A stretch of DNA of 64,000 nt, taken from IMG/VR virus record IMGVR_UViG_3300014826_000002, positions 1 through 64,000 of that record. The stretch is one strand, 5' to 3'. The stretch's first letter is position 1. Each line of letters opens with the position of its first letter. The DNA comes from a virus. Its lineage: Duplodnaviria; Caudoviricetes. Under the pieces are notes generated by a model. It was not told the origin of the DNA, did not search any database, and saw only the letters and a program-made list of their open reading frames with translations. The position numbers were made by a program, and so were the translations under genes. Of this stretch, positions 16,006-25,838 are shown in pieces.

Positions 16006-16635
16006 ATTTTGCTCACTTGAGGTTTCCTCAGATATTACGCCATCATTAAGGTAATATACCTTATCAGCGTGCTCTATTTGATTGTCTATATGAGATATCA
16101 TAACTATGATGAAATCATTGTCTTTACAGAATTGCTCAATGAAGTCATAAAACCTAGGTACATAGTGAGAAGATAAAGCTGAATATTTTTCATCCAAAAA
16201 AAGAACCTTACTATTCTGATTTAAGAGGTAATAGGATTTTAAGACAAAGGATATAATTGTTCTTACTCCTTGTCCTACACCATCTTTTAAGTCAATCTCC
16301 ATGTTATCATCTTCGTCAACTAAAAGAATGGACAATGATTTAGTACCATTTTTATCCTCTAGCAGTAACTTAGCACTGTAGTTTTTATCATACATTATGT
16401 ACTTAAGGGCAACATCTAACGTATCCTGCAGGGCTCCTATACTTTCTTCGTATAGTTCATTAATAGCTACTTGGTACTTTTCTTTAGCTCTTTTAATGAA
16501 TGACAGGTAAGAATTTAATTCTTGCGATTTTTTAGATAATTCGTCTATGTTATCTATTATAATAGTTTCTTTTTTAAGTAGGTTATTACTACTCTTTATG
16601 GTATAATCTATGGAATCTATCAAATTTTGTATCAT
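15991..16635 (-). CDS. SbcC/Rad50 C-terminal part (signature, Walker B, H-switch)
   Basis: GVGQG, VLFLDE, MISH. Confidence 0.85.
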   Translation of the reverse strand: MIQNLIDSIDYTIKSSNNLLKKETIIIDNIDELSKKSQELNSYLSFIKRAKEKYQVAINELYEESIGALQDTLDVALKYIMYDKNYSAKLLLEDKNGTKSLSILLVDEDDNMEIDLKDGVGQGVRTIISFVLKSYYLLNQNSKVLFLDEKYSALSSHYVPRFYDFIEQFCKDNDFIIVMISHIDNQIEHADKVYYLNDGVISEETSSEQNLTKE

Positions 16636-16637
16636 AA

Positions 16638-16922
16638 TTAACCCATTAAAATTCTTTCTTTTTCTTCTCTTTTTTCATTAATTTCGGCAATATATTCTCT
16701 CATTTTTGGAATTTCTGCCTCAATTTCTGCCTCGATTTTAGCTATTTCGTCGTCAATTTTGCTTACTTCAGATAGAGACGAGTAACCTTTTTCTTGTAAC
16801 TTTTCAATCCCCTGTTTTTTAAGCATGGCAATTTCTGTGTTTATTTTTTGTGCTTCTTGCTTTGCTTCTTCACAAGCGCTTAATAGCTTAGAATATTCTT
16901 CTATTTTATCAGATTCTAACAT
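16638..16922 (-). CDS. Coiled-coil protein, probable middle piece of the split SbcC
   Basis: E/K heptad-rich, lies between the two ATPase halves. Confidence 0.6.
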   Translation of the reverse strand: MLESDKIEEYSKLLSACEEAKQEAQKINTEIAMLKKQGIEKLQEKGYSSLSEVSKIDDEIAKIEAEIEAEIPKMREYIAEINEKREEKERILMG

Positions 16923-16935
16923 AGTTCTCTCTCCT

Positions 16936-18039
16936 TTAATTCAATGGTTTATGGCATAGCGGACATACTTTAAACTCAGACATCTTCTCTTCTGTAGCTT
17001 TAATCGTAGCCTGTATAGATCTCAGTTTTTCTAAATTAATCTTTATTTTTGTTTTTATTCTCTTTAATTCCGAAACATAATCTTGTAATTCATGGTAAAC
17101 AAACAACTTGTTATTAAAAGTTTGTTCAGGTAACTCTAATGACCCGATTTCTTTTAATTTGATAGCTGTTTCTTTTAATTTTTTTAAAGACTTATATAAA
17201 CCCATATCTATGTACTCAGGTTCTCGGCAGTCCTTTAGTTTTTTACTCAAAGAGTGCAATTTTTTCAGATTCTCTGAGGTTTTCTTAACTTTTAACAAAG
17301 ACTTATGTTCTTTAAGTAGGTCAGGAAATTCTTTCTCTGGAATAGTTATTTTGTCAACTAAAGCAGCTCTTTTTATAGTGCTTAGTCCATCGGATAGTAA
17401 ATTTAGTCTATCTCTTTTTAAGATTAGCTTTGATTTAGCATTTTCCAATTCGGATATATCTACTTCTTTTTGGAACTGTTTAATGCTATCTAACTTAACT
17501 TTATTCTTTTCAAGTTCGTTTTCTGTAAAGACGATATCTCTCTTTACTTCGTCCTCTTTTTCTTTGGCACTTTTTAAAATAATTGAAGAATCAGACACAC
17601 AAAAAACATCTTCATATAGTTTAAAGAGTTCGGACTTGGAAATACCAAAAGGGAATGGTAACTGAAGTTCTTCTTCAATATTCATAATAACATCATTGCT
17701 ATCGCATACAAACCCTGTGTCATCAATTATTTTAAAAGAGTTGGAGCGCCCTGTCTTTAAATAAGTTTCTCCATTTATTTCATAAGAACTTTCTTTAGCA
17801 GTTCTTTTCCACTCTATTTGATTTCCGTTATACTCAAGAGTAACCGAGGCCTCTTTAGTTCCCTTCTTAATGAAGCGTTGAGATCCTGCAGGATTTATTA
17901 AACAAGCTTTCAACCCTCTGAAAGTAGCTGACTTTCCAGAGTTTGATTGACCTATGATAACATTGGTCCCAGTGGAGAACAGTAATTCTCCACTAGAAAT
18001 ACTTTGAAAATTCTGTAACTTTAACCTTAATTCATTCAT
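16936..18039 (-). CDS. SbcC/Rad50 N-terminal part (Walker A, coiled coil, terminal Zn hook)
   Basis: LQNFQS, GQSNSGKS, ends KVCPLCHKPLN. Confidence 0.85.
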   Translation of the reverse strand: MNELRLKLQNFQSISSGELLFSTGTNVIIGQSNSGKSATFRGLKACLINPAGSQRFIKKGTKEASVTLEYNGNQIEWKRTAKESSYEINGETYLKTGRSNSFKIIDDTGFVCDSNDVIMNIEEELQLPFPFGISKSELFKLYEDVFCVSDSSIILKSAKEKEDEVKRDIVFTENELEKNKVKLDSIKQFQKEVDISELENAKSKLILKRDRLNLLSDGLSTIKRAALVDKITIPEKEFPDLLKEHKSLLKVKKTSENLKKLHSLSKKLKDCREPEYIDMGLYKSLKKLKETAIKLKEIGSLELPEQTFNNKLFVYHELQDYVSELKRIKTKIKINLEKLRSIQATIKATEEKMSEFKVCPLCHKPLN

Positions 18040-18045
18040 TATGTA

Positions 18046-19194
18046 TTATTCTTCCTCTTCAACAGAACTTTCGTCGTCTAATTCATCTGTAGTTATAGGA
18101 ACTTCAGTTTCATTAATTTTAACCTTGTATTTACCCATTTTCTTTAAGAGGTCTACAAAGTCTCCAATGTGTTCTTGGACTATAACGTTGAGTTCCGCTT
18201 TACGAAGCTTCTCAGTAGGTAAATTAAAGGTGGAAGCTAATTCAGAATCAAAGGAGTACCATCCAGCACTTGGCTTTTTGACTAATTTATTACCTTCCAA
18301 TAATTTACCCACTGTATAGTAATTCCATACACATTTACCTTTTTCAAACAGTAATTCAACAGCATTACCTTTAATATACCTATTCTTACAGTCTGTAGCT
18401 TTTGAATCCATTTTAAAGATACATTTTGAAGCTACTTTATCTGTACCAAAGATAGTTTCTTCCTCAACTCTACTAGCATCTGTACTATTTGTTGAAGAGC
18501 TACATTTCAAGATAATGTCTACATTATGTAGGTCAACGTTACTTACAGCGGCTCTGTTGGGGTCTTCATATTGAGTTGCTCCTTGTTTTTGTCTTACTTG
18601 AGATATAAAGAAAGAACTAACTCCTTTCTCTTTACATAGTGGTAAAAACTTACTGTAAAACTGAGACCTCTCCCTAGACTTAGTACCAAAGTCTCCGTCA
18701 GCTACAGAGTTTTTAACGTTTTGGTCTGATAGAACATTATTAACACTATCTACTACAATAAGTCTAACATCTTTATACGGACCATAGCCAGCTAAAACAG
18801 CTTCATAGAAAGTTTCTACTTGTCTCCAACAAAATCCCTGTGCTACGTACAGAAAGTCACCACTTTCTATATACTCGTCCATACCTAAAGACGTCATTAA
18901 TCCTCTAGAATCTTCTATAGCTAGGTAGAGTACCTTAAACGGGACACCCATAGCTTTGTGCTTTTTTATTAGTCTTCTGCTTGCATCTGTTACAATTGTG
19001 GTTTTACCACAACCCGGTTTAGCCCAAAGTAGTATGGAAGAGCCCATAGGTAGTCCTTTCCCATCAGTAAGAGCTAGGTCTAATCCCACGTCTCCTGTCT
19101 CTATATATTCAATTGTTTTATCTTTTTTTAGTGCTGCATCAAGTAAACTTTTTTGTTCATTCGATAGTGATATGACAGAATCTTTTTTTGCCAT
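18046..19194 (-). CDS. recA: RecA/UvsX-like recombinase
   Basis: TGDVGLDLAL, AKPGCGKT, LIVVDSV, FISQVRQK. Confidence 0.85.
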   Translation of the reverse strand: MAKKDSVISLSNEQKSLLDAALKKDKTIEYIETGDVGLDLALTDGKGLPMGSSILLWAKPGCGKTTIVTDASRRLIKKHKAMGVPFKVLYLAIEDSRGLMTSLGMDEYIESGDFLYVAQGFCWRQVETFYEAVLAGYGPYKDVRLIVVDSVNNVLSDQNVKNSVADGDFGTKSRERSQFYSKFLPLCKEKGVSSFFISQVRQKQGATQYEDPNRAAVSNVDLHNVDIILKCSSSTNSTDASRVEEETIFGTDKVASKCIFKMDSKATDCKNRYIKGNAVELLFEKGKCVWNYYTVGKLLEGNKLVKKPSAGWYSFDSELASTFNLPTEKLRKAELNVIVQEHIGDFVDLLKKMGKYKVKINETEVPITTDELDDESSVEEEE

Positions 19195-19781
19195 TATTCA
19201 TTCCTTTCATTGTTCTCATAGTATTTTTTAAATCCATAAAAGGAAAGGAGAAGAGCTTCTGCAATGTCGTCAACTTTCCCTTTGGGTAAATAATCCTTTA
19301 ATTTAATTTTATATATATTCTCCGCTAATTCTATCGAAGTATCTTTTAATGAAGTTACTCCTAGTTCCTTCTTCCACTCTCCCGCAGAAGGTTCAAGGTA
19401 CTGAATGGGCTCTAAGAGTCCGTACATTCCTTGAAATATTCCCAACGAATTACCATTCATGAATGAAGTGGTTTCTCCTTCATTAGGTCTTTGTTGAATT
19501 CGTTCAATAGTATATAGAATTTTACAACCCAAATAAGGACTAAATATTTTTCGTAATTCTTTAAAATTTACCCAAGTTCTTTTTCTAAAGTCAGCTTCAT
19601 ACTTTCCTGTTTCTTTATTAAGCTTGGACTTATTTCTTTTAGACTTAATTTCTGTTTGGTATACTGGGGTTTTTGTAAGGATGAGGATTTTTCCATCCTC
19701 ATCCACAATACTTATAGCTCCATTAGTAGAACCAACATCAATTCCAATAGATATAAGCTTCTTAGTCTTCAAAGAAGTCAT
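19194..19781 (-). CDS. RuvC-like Holliday junction resolvase (start MTSLK)
   Basis: IGIDVG, TIE, W-K, DDIAEALLL acidic catalytic pattern. Confidence 0.8.
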   Translation of the reverse strand: MTSLKTKKLISIGIDVGSTNGAISIVDEDGKILILTKTPVYQTEIKSKRNKSKLNKETGKYEADFRKRTWVNFKELRKIFSPYLGCKILYTIERIQQRPNEGETTSFMNGNSLGIFQGMYGLLEPIQYLEPSAGEWKKELGVTSLKDTSIELAENIYKIKLKDYLPKGKVDDIAEALLLSFYGFKKYYENNERNE

Positions 19782-20943
19782 CCTCATCCATGTCAAACTC
19801 AAAATCATCTAAAGAGTCATCTGTTTCATTTGATTTTTTAGACGCTTTTGTTGGATCCTTTAGTAACTCATCCATTTCTTCATCAGAAACAGCGGGAGCT
19901 ACTTTAACATCTTCTATAACTTCTTCAGGTTCATTAGTTTCAACAGGTTTTTCAGATTTATTAGGTTTGACAGGTTCTTCTTGTGCAACGACTTCTACTA
20001 CTTCCTCTTCTTCCTGTACAGCTGTCTTCTTAGCTACTTGCGGAGCTGTCGCAGATGAGCCGATAGCACTAGTATAGTATGCTTGTAGGTCTTTTTCTGT
20101 CCAGTCATTAAACATATTATCTACTTCTACATTAAATAAATCTAAAAATTCACATATCTTATTTTGAATTTCTTGATTATCTTTGTAAGAAACTATGGCG
20201 TCTCTTTCTCCTTCAGGGCTTGCGCTTGCTATAGAGGGATTATCAAATGGAAAGAAGGAGTACTCTTTAAGAGCCGCTGAAAATCCTGTCTTTGCGTATC
20301 CATGTACTTTAACAACTGTTTTAGACAATCTGCGGCAAACTTCTTCCATAAATTCTTCACTATTTTCGTCAAGTTCATAGTCCATTATACCGTCTTCTTT
20401 AAGCTTTTTACCGTAAGCTCCTAAGAAGTCGTTTTTGAAGCTACTTGAAGCCATTTCAATAAAGGCAAATTTTAAACCTTCTTCACTACGTAAATCATTT
20501 AAGATAGAAACTTTCGACACTGGATACGAACCCTTGTTCTTATCAGATAATGAATTACCCAGTATAAGTACTGGTATATGAACTCTGTAAGTTAATGGAC
20601 TTATAATTCTTTTTCCAGCATCGTCTTTTTCTGGAAATCTATCTTTTTCCATTTTAGCTAATGTACAACATAAGGATTCACTTCTGTTTCCCTCGTCATC
20701 TATACCTTTACATTTGATATAGGTAGGATAAGATGAGTTAAAACCAACTACTTTTCCATCTATCTTGTGTGTTAAAACTCTGTGACATGGTGTTTCAAAA
20801 AAGCCAGCTTCTAAGCCAAGTGGAATAATATAAGCGTCTTTACCAACATCAAAGTTTGCTTTTTTTGAAAATTTGTAAGCAGTTGAAAATCTCTCACGAT
20901 TGCTGTTAATAAGTGATTTAAAGTTTGTTCTTTTAAATGCCAT
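19762..20943 (-). CDS. Probable single-stranded DNA-binding protein
   Basis: Position among recombination genes, Cys cluster, long acidic tail ending DEDDFFED. Confidence 0.5.
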   Translation of the reverse strand: MAFKRTNFKSLINSNRERFSTAYKFSKKANFDVGKDAYIIPLGLEAGFFETPCHRVLTHKIDGKVVGFNSSYPTYIKCKGIDDEGNRSESLCCTLAKMEKDRFPEKDDAGKRIISPLTYRVHIPVLILGNSLSDKNKGSYPVSKVSILNDLRSEEGLKFAFIEMASSSFKNDFLGAYGKKLKEDGIMDYELDENSEEFMEEVCRRLSKTVVKVHGYAKTGFSAALKEYSFFPFDNPSIASASPEGERDAIVSYKDNQEIQNKICEFLDLFNVEVDNMFNDWTEKDLQAYYTSAIGSSATAPQVAKKTAVQEEEEVVEVVAQEEPVKPNKSEKPVETNEPEEVIEDVKVAPAVSDEEMDELLKDPTKASKKSNETDDSLDDFEFDMDEDDFFED

Positions 20944-20945
20944 GA

Positions 20946-21371
20946 TTAGTTTCTCCTTTTCTGTTCATGTATCTTACTTGTTAACTTTAATATATCTATT
21001 TCTTGTGATTGAGAATACTCAATCAATTCTTTTAAAAAATTATCTAAAACTTCTTTAAATTGAGCTTCCTGCTGAAGTTCTCCTTTATAATACCTCCATA
21101 GGGTTTGAGCATTAACTACCCCAGACTCTTTATTTCTGAGGATAGTTGTTTTGAATAATTCATTTTTTTCGGGACTTTTTTCAAATCTGATAAAGCCCAC
21201 GTCTATTACATGGTCTGGATTAAAGAAGTAGTAATCAGCTATACCGCTAATAATTAAGCGTAATAGCAATTTACTTTTTTCTGGGGAAGTTTCTATGCCT
21301 GCAATCTGTAAGCATTCTTCCATTATATCTTCTAAGTTACTTGCTGGTTTTTGTTCTAGTTTCCGTGCCAT
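20946..21371 (-). CDS. Hypothetical protein (weak HU/IHF-like pattern)
   Basis: Helix-helix then IDVGFIRF strand. Confidence 0.55.
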   Translation of the reverse strand: MARKLEQKPASNLEDIMEECLQIAGIETSPEKSKLLLRLIISGIADYYFFNPDHVIDVGFIRFEKSPEKNELFKTTILRNKESGVVNAQTLWRYYKGELQQEAQFKEVLDNFLKELIEYSQSQEIDILKLTSKIHEQKRRN

Positions 21372-21376
21372 TTTAA

Positions 21377-21877
21377 TTACCTATTGTATTTTACATACCC
21401 TACTTTATCTTCAATATCCATGCGACGCATTTCTTGGGTAAAGCTCATTTCTTGAGTTAATGACCTAAGTATGGTAGCCCACGTAACTTTTTCGGATTTA
21501 AAGTGTTCCTTTTTTTCTCCAAGCTCGGACATGTAAGAACGTATTCCCTTCATGTTATATGTACTGTCTTTAACCATATTAATACTTAAAACTAGGTAGG
21601 TGTGTAATGAACTCAAAATACATAGAATTTCTCTTACTTTCTCAGCACGCGCGGGAAGTAGCTTAATATCTCCTTTTGGATAAGCTTCGTAAGCTTCTAC
21701 AAGCGTTAAAAAAGTTAGATTGTACTCATTCACAACTCGCATTATTTTAGCAATATCAGTGAAGGTTTCTTCGGTGCCTTGGTAAGCATCGATTTCTTGT
21801 ATAAGTCTTTCAATATCCTCTTTTGATATATTCTCTTTTCTAACTTCTAAATATTCTTTTATATAATTTAAGTTCAT
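21377..21877 (-). CDS. Hypothetical helical protein
   Basis: 166-aa ORF in the operon. Confidence 0.65.
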   Translation of the reverse strand: MNLNYIKEYLEVRKENISKEDIERLIQEIDAYQGTEETFTDIAKIMRVVNEYNLTFLTLVEAYEAYPKGDIKLLPARAEKVREILCILSSLHTYLVLSINMVKDSTYNMKGIRSYMSELGEKKEHFKSEKVTWATILRSLTQEMSFTQEMRRMDIEDKVGYVKYNR

Positions 21878-22038
21878 TAATAAACCTCTACGTCTACATT
21901 TATTGGTTCGCCTGCGATGTTTGCACCTACTAATAGCTCATCAGGAGATAGTTCTAGTAAGCACTCTCTAATTTCATTTTCATCCATTTCATTTTCATTC
22001 CACGGATAGTCAAATCTTAGTGTAATTGATACTCCCAT
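21877..22038 (-). CDS. Small acidic hypothetical protein (start MGVSIT)
   Basis: Fills the gap between ligase stop and next gene. Confidence 0.5.
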   Translation of the reverse strand: MGVSITLRFDYPWNENEMDENEIRECLLELSPDELLVGANIAGEPINVDVEVY

Positions 22039-22040
22039 AA

Positions 22041-24566
22041 CTACTGTCCTCTCGTTAATGTCATCTCTTTTAATACATCTTCTTCCCACACACACTCGGA
22101 AGGATTTTTAGCTTTAAATTCCAAGTTTCCCTTATTTTTTAGTGTAGCATGCTGGAATTTTAACTTTGAAGCTGTTAAAGCTAGTCCATCTATTGCAATT
22201 ACTTTCCCTTCATACTCAGGATTTAATGTGATTTCCCCCGTTTCTGCGTTGATGGACGCAAGCTTTTTCTTCCACTCGTGAGATATCCCTGTAACATTTG
22301 CAATTTCATGCTCTACCGTTTCTCCGTTATTTTTCTTAACATAAACAGAACAAGACAAAGAACCTATCATATCTTTGATTCTATCTGATTTTGGTGGGTT
22401 AGCTCCAGTAATAAATACGTCAAAGTCTTCCACGAGGGAGCTGTCACTTGAAAGCATAGTGCTTATAGATTGTTTAACCTTCATTGCAGCTCTGTGATTA
22501 CGTGTTGAACGGAGTCCTGAAATATAAGGAGCATGAATATTTTTAACAATCGAATTATGAACTAATACATTTTCCACAAAGAAATTATGATTCCCTTCAA
22601 TTTCTAAATCCCACGCTCTAATGTTCTTACCTTGAAAATTAGCATACTCGTGCATTTCTTTTTTCAAAATAGGGACTTTTTTTATGTAGCTCTGTACAAC
22701 AGGAGGTTCTTCAAAAAGAATTGAGCTCTCTCCTGTTTTGTATCTTTGAGATAAATGAATGTACGGTAGTATTTTATCTTTTATTCTATCATAGGACTCT
22801 TTCCAAAAGTATATTGACAAGCCACTACCGTGCTTAACTCTTTTATCTTTTTTCAATGAATACTTTAAGTCTCCAAAAAGTACCTCCATTTGACAAATTA
22901 GGGCATTTACTTCTTCTTCAGTTAAGCTATGAGTACTGATTTGTATGGTATTCTTTTCGCGATTTCCGTCACCCATGATTAGATAAGCTATTGCAATTTC
23001 ATTCATTTGATTTATGAATTTGATCTTATCTTTTTGAAATTCGTTGAACGGAAGGCAGTATTCTTTGTTTATGCAGAGTCTTCCTATTCTTGAACCTTTA
23101 CCACTAACTCTTGTCTTTATGCAACCGTTTGATGTAAATGGTCGAAACATATCGACAGTGAACTTCCAATAAGGAGAACTTTCTTTTTGAGACAATGTAA
23201 TTATTCCATTCTTATCAATATGCCCATCAGAAAGTAGCCATCCTATTAAAGCTTGGTACCTATAGTCATCTAGCTTTTTACCAAGTTCATAGCAATAGTT
23301 TATTTGGTTAATAGGAGTGTATTCTACTCCGTCAAAGAAATTATGATTTTTTGTACAGATGATTCTGTGAAATCTGTTTTGCTTGCTTGGAACTTTGCCT
23401 CTTTGTAGAGCTCCGTGAGAAACGGACAACCACTCTTTATCAGGTTTCAGCCCGTTATTAATTTTTCGAAGAACCCTTCGAGCTTCTAATTTTCTTTTTT
23501 CTATGTTGTATGATAATACAGAATCCCCTTCTTTTATGTCTTTTATTGGTTTTAGGGAACCGTCAGCCATAGTAACTCCGCAAGAGCTCTTGAAACAACC
23601 TTCTCCACCTGAATTTAAAATATTTTCGGTAAATTCGATCTTGTTTTCATCCTCCCCTTCAACTTCATAAAAAGGAAGAATGTGCTTATTCAGCATATTA
23701 ACTATGAGATGCCTTAATTCTCTCCTTTTAATAAATGGGTATTTTCTAATGTCATTCTGGTTAGTGTAACGTAAGGAATATAAATATTGGTACAGCTTTT
23801 TAGCTTTGCTGGCACCCTTAGTAAACCCAGCGCTACTAAGATATTTACTGAAATGTTTTTCAACCCATTGAACTACGTCAGGAGTTATTTCTCTCTCTCC
23901 GTAATCGTACATTGGTGTCCAACCTGCAGGAATTGCAGGATTTTTCTCAAAATAAAGGACATCAAAAACTACCATTTTTAATCTATGACCATCTTTTTGA
24001 AATTCTCTAGCTCTTTCATTTTTAGAACTAAAAACACTCTGAATGTAATCTTCAATAGAAACATTAGCTGTTTGAATTTCATTTTCTATACCTTCAATAA
24101 GAAGCTCACCGTCAATAACAAATCTATAGTTAAACTTATTCTTATAGTCTTTAGGTTCTGTTATAAGTCCTTTTTCTATAAAAAGAAATTTGTCTGTTAT
24201 ATTTCCATTCAAGTAGTTTGAGACACTTTCTCTCCTTGTGAAAAACTCAAACCCAACTTCAGGAGAATAAACACATATGCAGCGCATTCCGTTCATTTTG
24301 GTTTCAGCAACGAAATCGTTGGATTCCAGTGGGGATATTTTAAACTTATCCAAGTCATCTTTCATATGTTTACAGAGCATTACGGTATTCAAGGATTGAA
24401 CGTATCGGGCTCCCCATGAGTATTTTTCTGGTTCTAAGTTAATGAAATAATCACCTAGGAGTTTAATCATTTTTTCATTATCCCATTTAATGTTTTCATT
24501 AAACTCTAGGCCATAGCTATGTATAGCTTCTTCTAATCTGTCTGATCTAAAATTGTTTTCTGCCAT
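22041..24566 (-). CDS. ATP-dependent DNA ligase containing an intein
   Basis: Motif I ETKMNGMR, IDGEL, VFDVL, motif IV EG/SIVK split by the intein. Confidence 0.9.
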   Translation of the reverse strand: MAENNFRSDRLEEAIHSYGLEFNENIKWDNEKMIKLLGDYFINLEPEKYSWGARYVQSLNTVMLCKHMKDDLDKFKISPLESNDFVAETKMNGMRCICVYSPEVGFEFFTRRESVSNYLNGNITDKFLFIEKGLITEPKDYKNKFNYRFVIDGELLIEGIENEIQTANVSIEDYIQSVFSSKNERAREFQKDGHRLKMVVFDVLYFEKNPAIPAGWTPMYDYGEREITPDVVQWVEKHFSKYLSSAGFTKGASKAKKLYQYLYSLRYTNQNDIRKYPFIKRRELRHLIVNMLNKHILPFYEVEGEDENKIEFTENILNSGGEGCFKSSCGVTMADGSLKPIKDIKEGDSVLSYNIEKRKLEARRVLRKINNGLKPDKEWLSVSHGALQRGKVPSKQNRFHRIICTKNHNFFDGVEYTPINQINYCYELGKKLDDYRYQALIGWLLSDGHIDKNGIITLSQKESSPYWKFTVDMFRPFTSNGCIKTRVSGKGSRIGRLCINKEYCLPFNEFQKDKIKFINQMNEIAIAYLIMGDGNREKNTIQISTHSLTEEEVNALICQMEVLFGDLKYSLKKDKRVKHGSGLSIYFWKESYDRIKDKILPYIHLSQRYKTGESSILFEEPPVVQSYIKKVPILKKEMHEYANFQGKNIRAWDLEIEGNHNFFVENVLVHNSIVKNIHAPYISGLRSTRNHRAAMKVKQSISTMLSSDSSLVEDFDVFITGANPPKSDRIKDMIGSLSCSVYVKKNNGETVEHEIANVTGISHEWKKKLASINAETGEITLNPEYEGKVIAIDGLALTASKLKFQHATLKNKGNLEFKAKNPSECVWEEDVLKEMTLTRGQ
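22554..23597 (-). mobile_element. Intein (348 aa) with LAGLIDADG homing endonuclease
   Basis: Starts CFKSSCGVTMADG, block B CTKNHNF, LIGWLLSDG and IAYLIMGDG, ends HNFFVENVLVHN then Ser. Confidence 0.93.
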
Positions 24567-24858
24567 TTTGTTCTCTCTTTATGAATTCTTCTTTTAGAAC
24601 AGCTAATACCTGTTCCAAGGTTACTTCTGACTTAGTTACTAAGTAAGAATCTATTAATGCACATAAAAGCTCTGTACTTTTGTATATACTTCGGTTCATT
24701 ACAAGCGTATTTGGGTAAAAGGGAGCCTCCAGAGTCACAAATTTTTTAATCATCTTCAATATAACCTCTGGAGAGTTACTCCCGAAAATTCCTCTACACA
24801 AAAAGTACATAAATTTTGTGTAATTTATTATACTAATTATTAATCTTTTAAAGTCCAT
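24547..24858 (-). CDS. Hypothetical protein
   Basis: 103-aa ORF behind a promoter. Confidence 0.6.
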   Translation of the reverse strand: MDFKRLIISIINYTKFMYFLCRGIFGSNSPEVILKMIKKFVTLEAPFYPNTLVMNRSIYKSTELLCALIDSYLVTKSEVTLEQVLAVLKEEFIKREQNGRKQF

Positions 24859-24879
24859 GTTTTCTCTCTTCTTTCTTAT

Positions 24880-24908
24880 ATATTAGCATGCTTATTTAAT
24901 CTTGTCAA
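24880..24908 (-). promoter_or_regulatory. sigma70-type promoter
   Basis: TTGACA-17-TAATAT. Confidence 0.7.
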
Positions 24909-24911
24909 ATT

Positions 24912-25838
24912 TTATGCATGGTGAACTCTTTTAGGTATTAAGACCTGCTTTGTATCATCTTCCCACACAAACGGAAACATGTTACCATAAGTAAATCCTA
25001 TATCTGTAGACGTTGTAATAGGAAGTGTCTTATCTAAAGTGTCAAAAGTCATTATATCTTCAAGTTCTTTAACGTATTGAACAGTTACCTCTTTGTCTAT
25101 TGTGTAGTTAATCTCGTCGTGAACTGTTGACATGAAGTCAATATGTGGGTCTCTGTTTTTAAAATACTTCTTATACAAACGGAATAACACAAGGCGTAAG
25201 ATGTCACCAGCAGTCCCTTGTATTATGTGGCTGGAAACGCGTCTTTCAACAGCTGCTCTGACTCTCTCGGAAGCTCTTATAGCATTATCTCTCTCCAACC
25301 AATTATCGTAATTATTGCTATTCTTATCTATGACATCTATCCAACCTCTAAAATTACGAGGTCTTCCAAAGGCGTTGAAAACAACACCGTTGTTCTGGTA
25401 CATTTTGTCGATTTCTTTTAATTTCCAATTATACATTTCATAAAAGGTCTCGTTATACTTTTGTATCATTTCTTCAGCTTCAGCTAAAGGAATATCCAGT
25501 TGTTGAGATAAAGTATGGGCCCCTCCAGAGTAGTTATTAAGGAAGTTAAATATCTTAGCTTTCTTTCTTTTTTGCTTATTGTAATTTTCTTCTCCCCATA
25601 TAGCATAGGCTGAAGCTGTGTGTGGGTCTATGCCATTGTAGAAGTTTTGAAGCATTTGGTGGTCTCTTGACAAAATAGCCATAAGTTTATATTCTTGAGC
25701 GTCGTAATCCAATGATACCACGTATCTTGCCCCTATGGTTTTACCAGAATAAATAGGTATTCCATTGACCTGATGTACTCCTTCTTTTAGTCTTTTTATT
25801 TTCTTTTTACCTATATACTTAATACTTTTAATTTTCAT
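24912..25838 (-). CDS. polA: Family A DNA polymerase, C-terminal part (motifs A, B, C) with N-terminal IntC-like remnant
   Basis: SLDYDAQEY, RKKAKIFNF, STVHDEI; first 30 aa resemble a split-intein C-fragment. Confidence 0.9.
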   Translation of the reverse strand: MKIKSIKYIGKKKIKRLKEGVHQVNGIPIYSGKTIGARYVVSLDYDAQEYKLMAILSRDHQMLQNFYNGIDPHTASAYAIWGEENYNKQKRKKAKIFNFLNNYSGGAHTLSQQLDIPLAEAEEMIQKYNETFYEMYNWKLKEIDKMYQNNGVVFNAFGRPRNFRGWIDVIDKNSNNYDNWLERDNAIRASERVRAAVERRVSSHIIQGTAGDILRLVLFRLYKKYFKNRDPHIDFMSTVHDEINYTIDKEVTVQYVKELEDIMTFDTLDKTLPITTSTDIGFTYGNMFPFVWEDDTKQVLIPKRVHHA

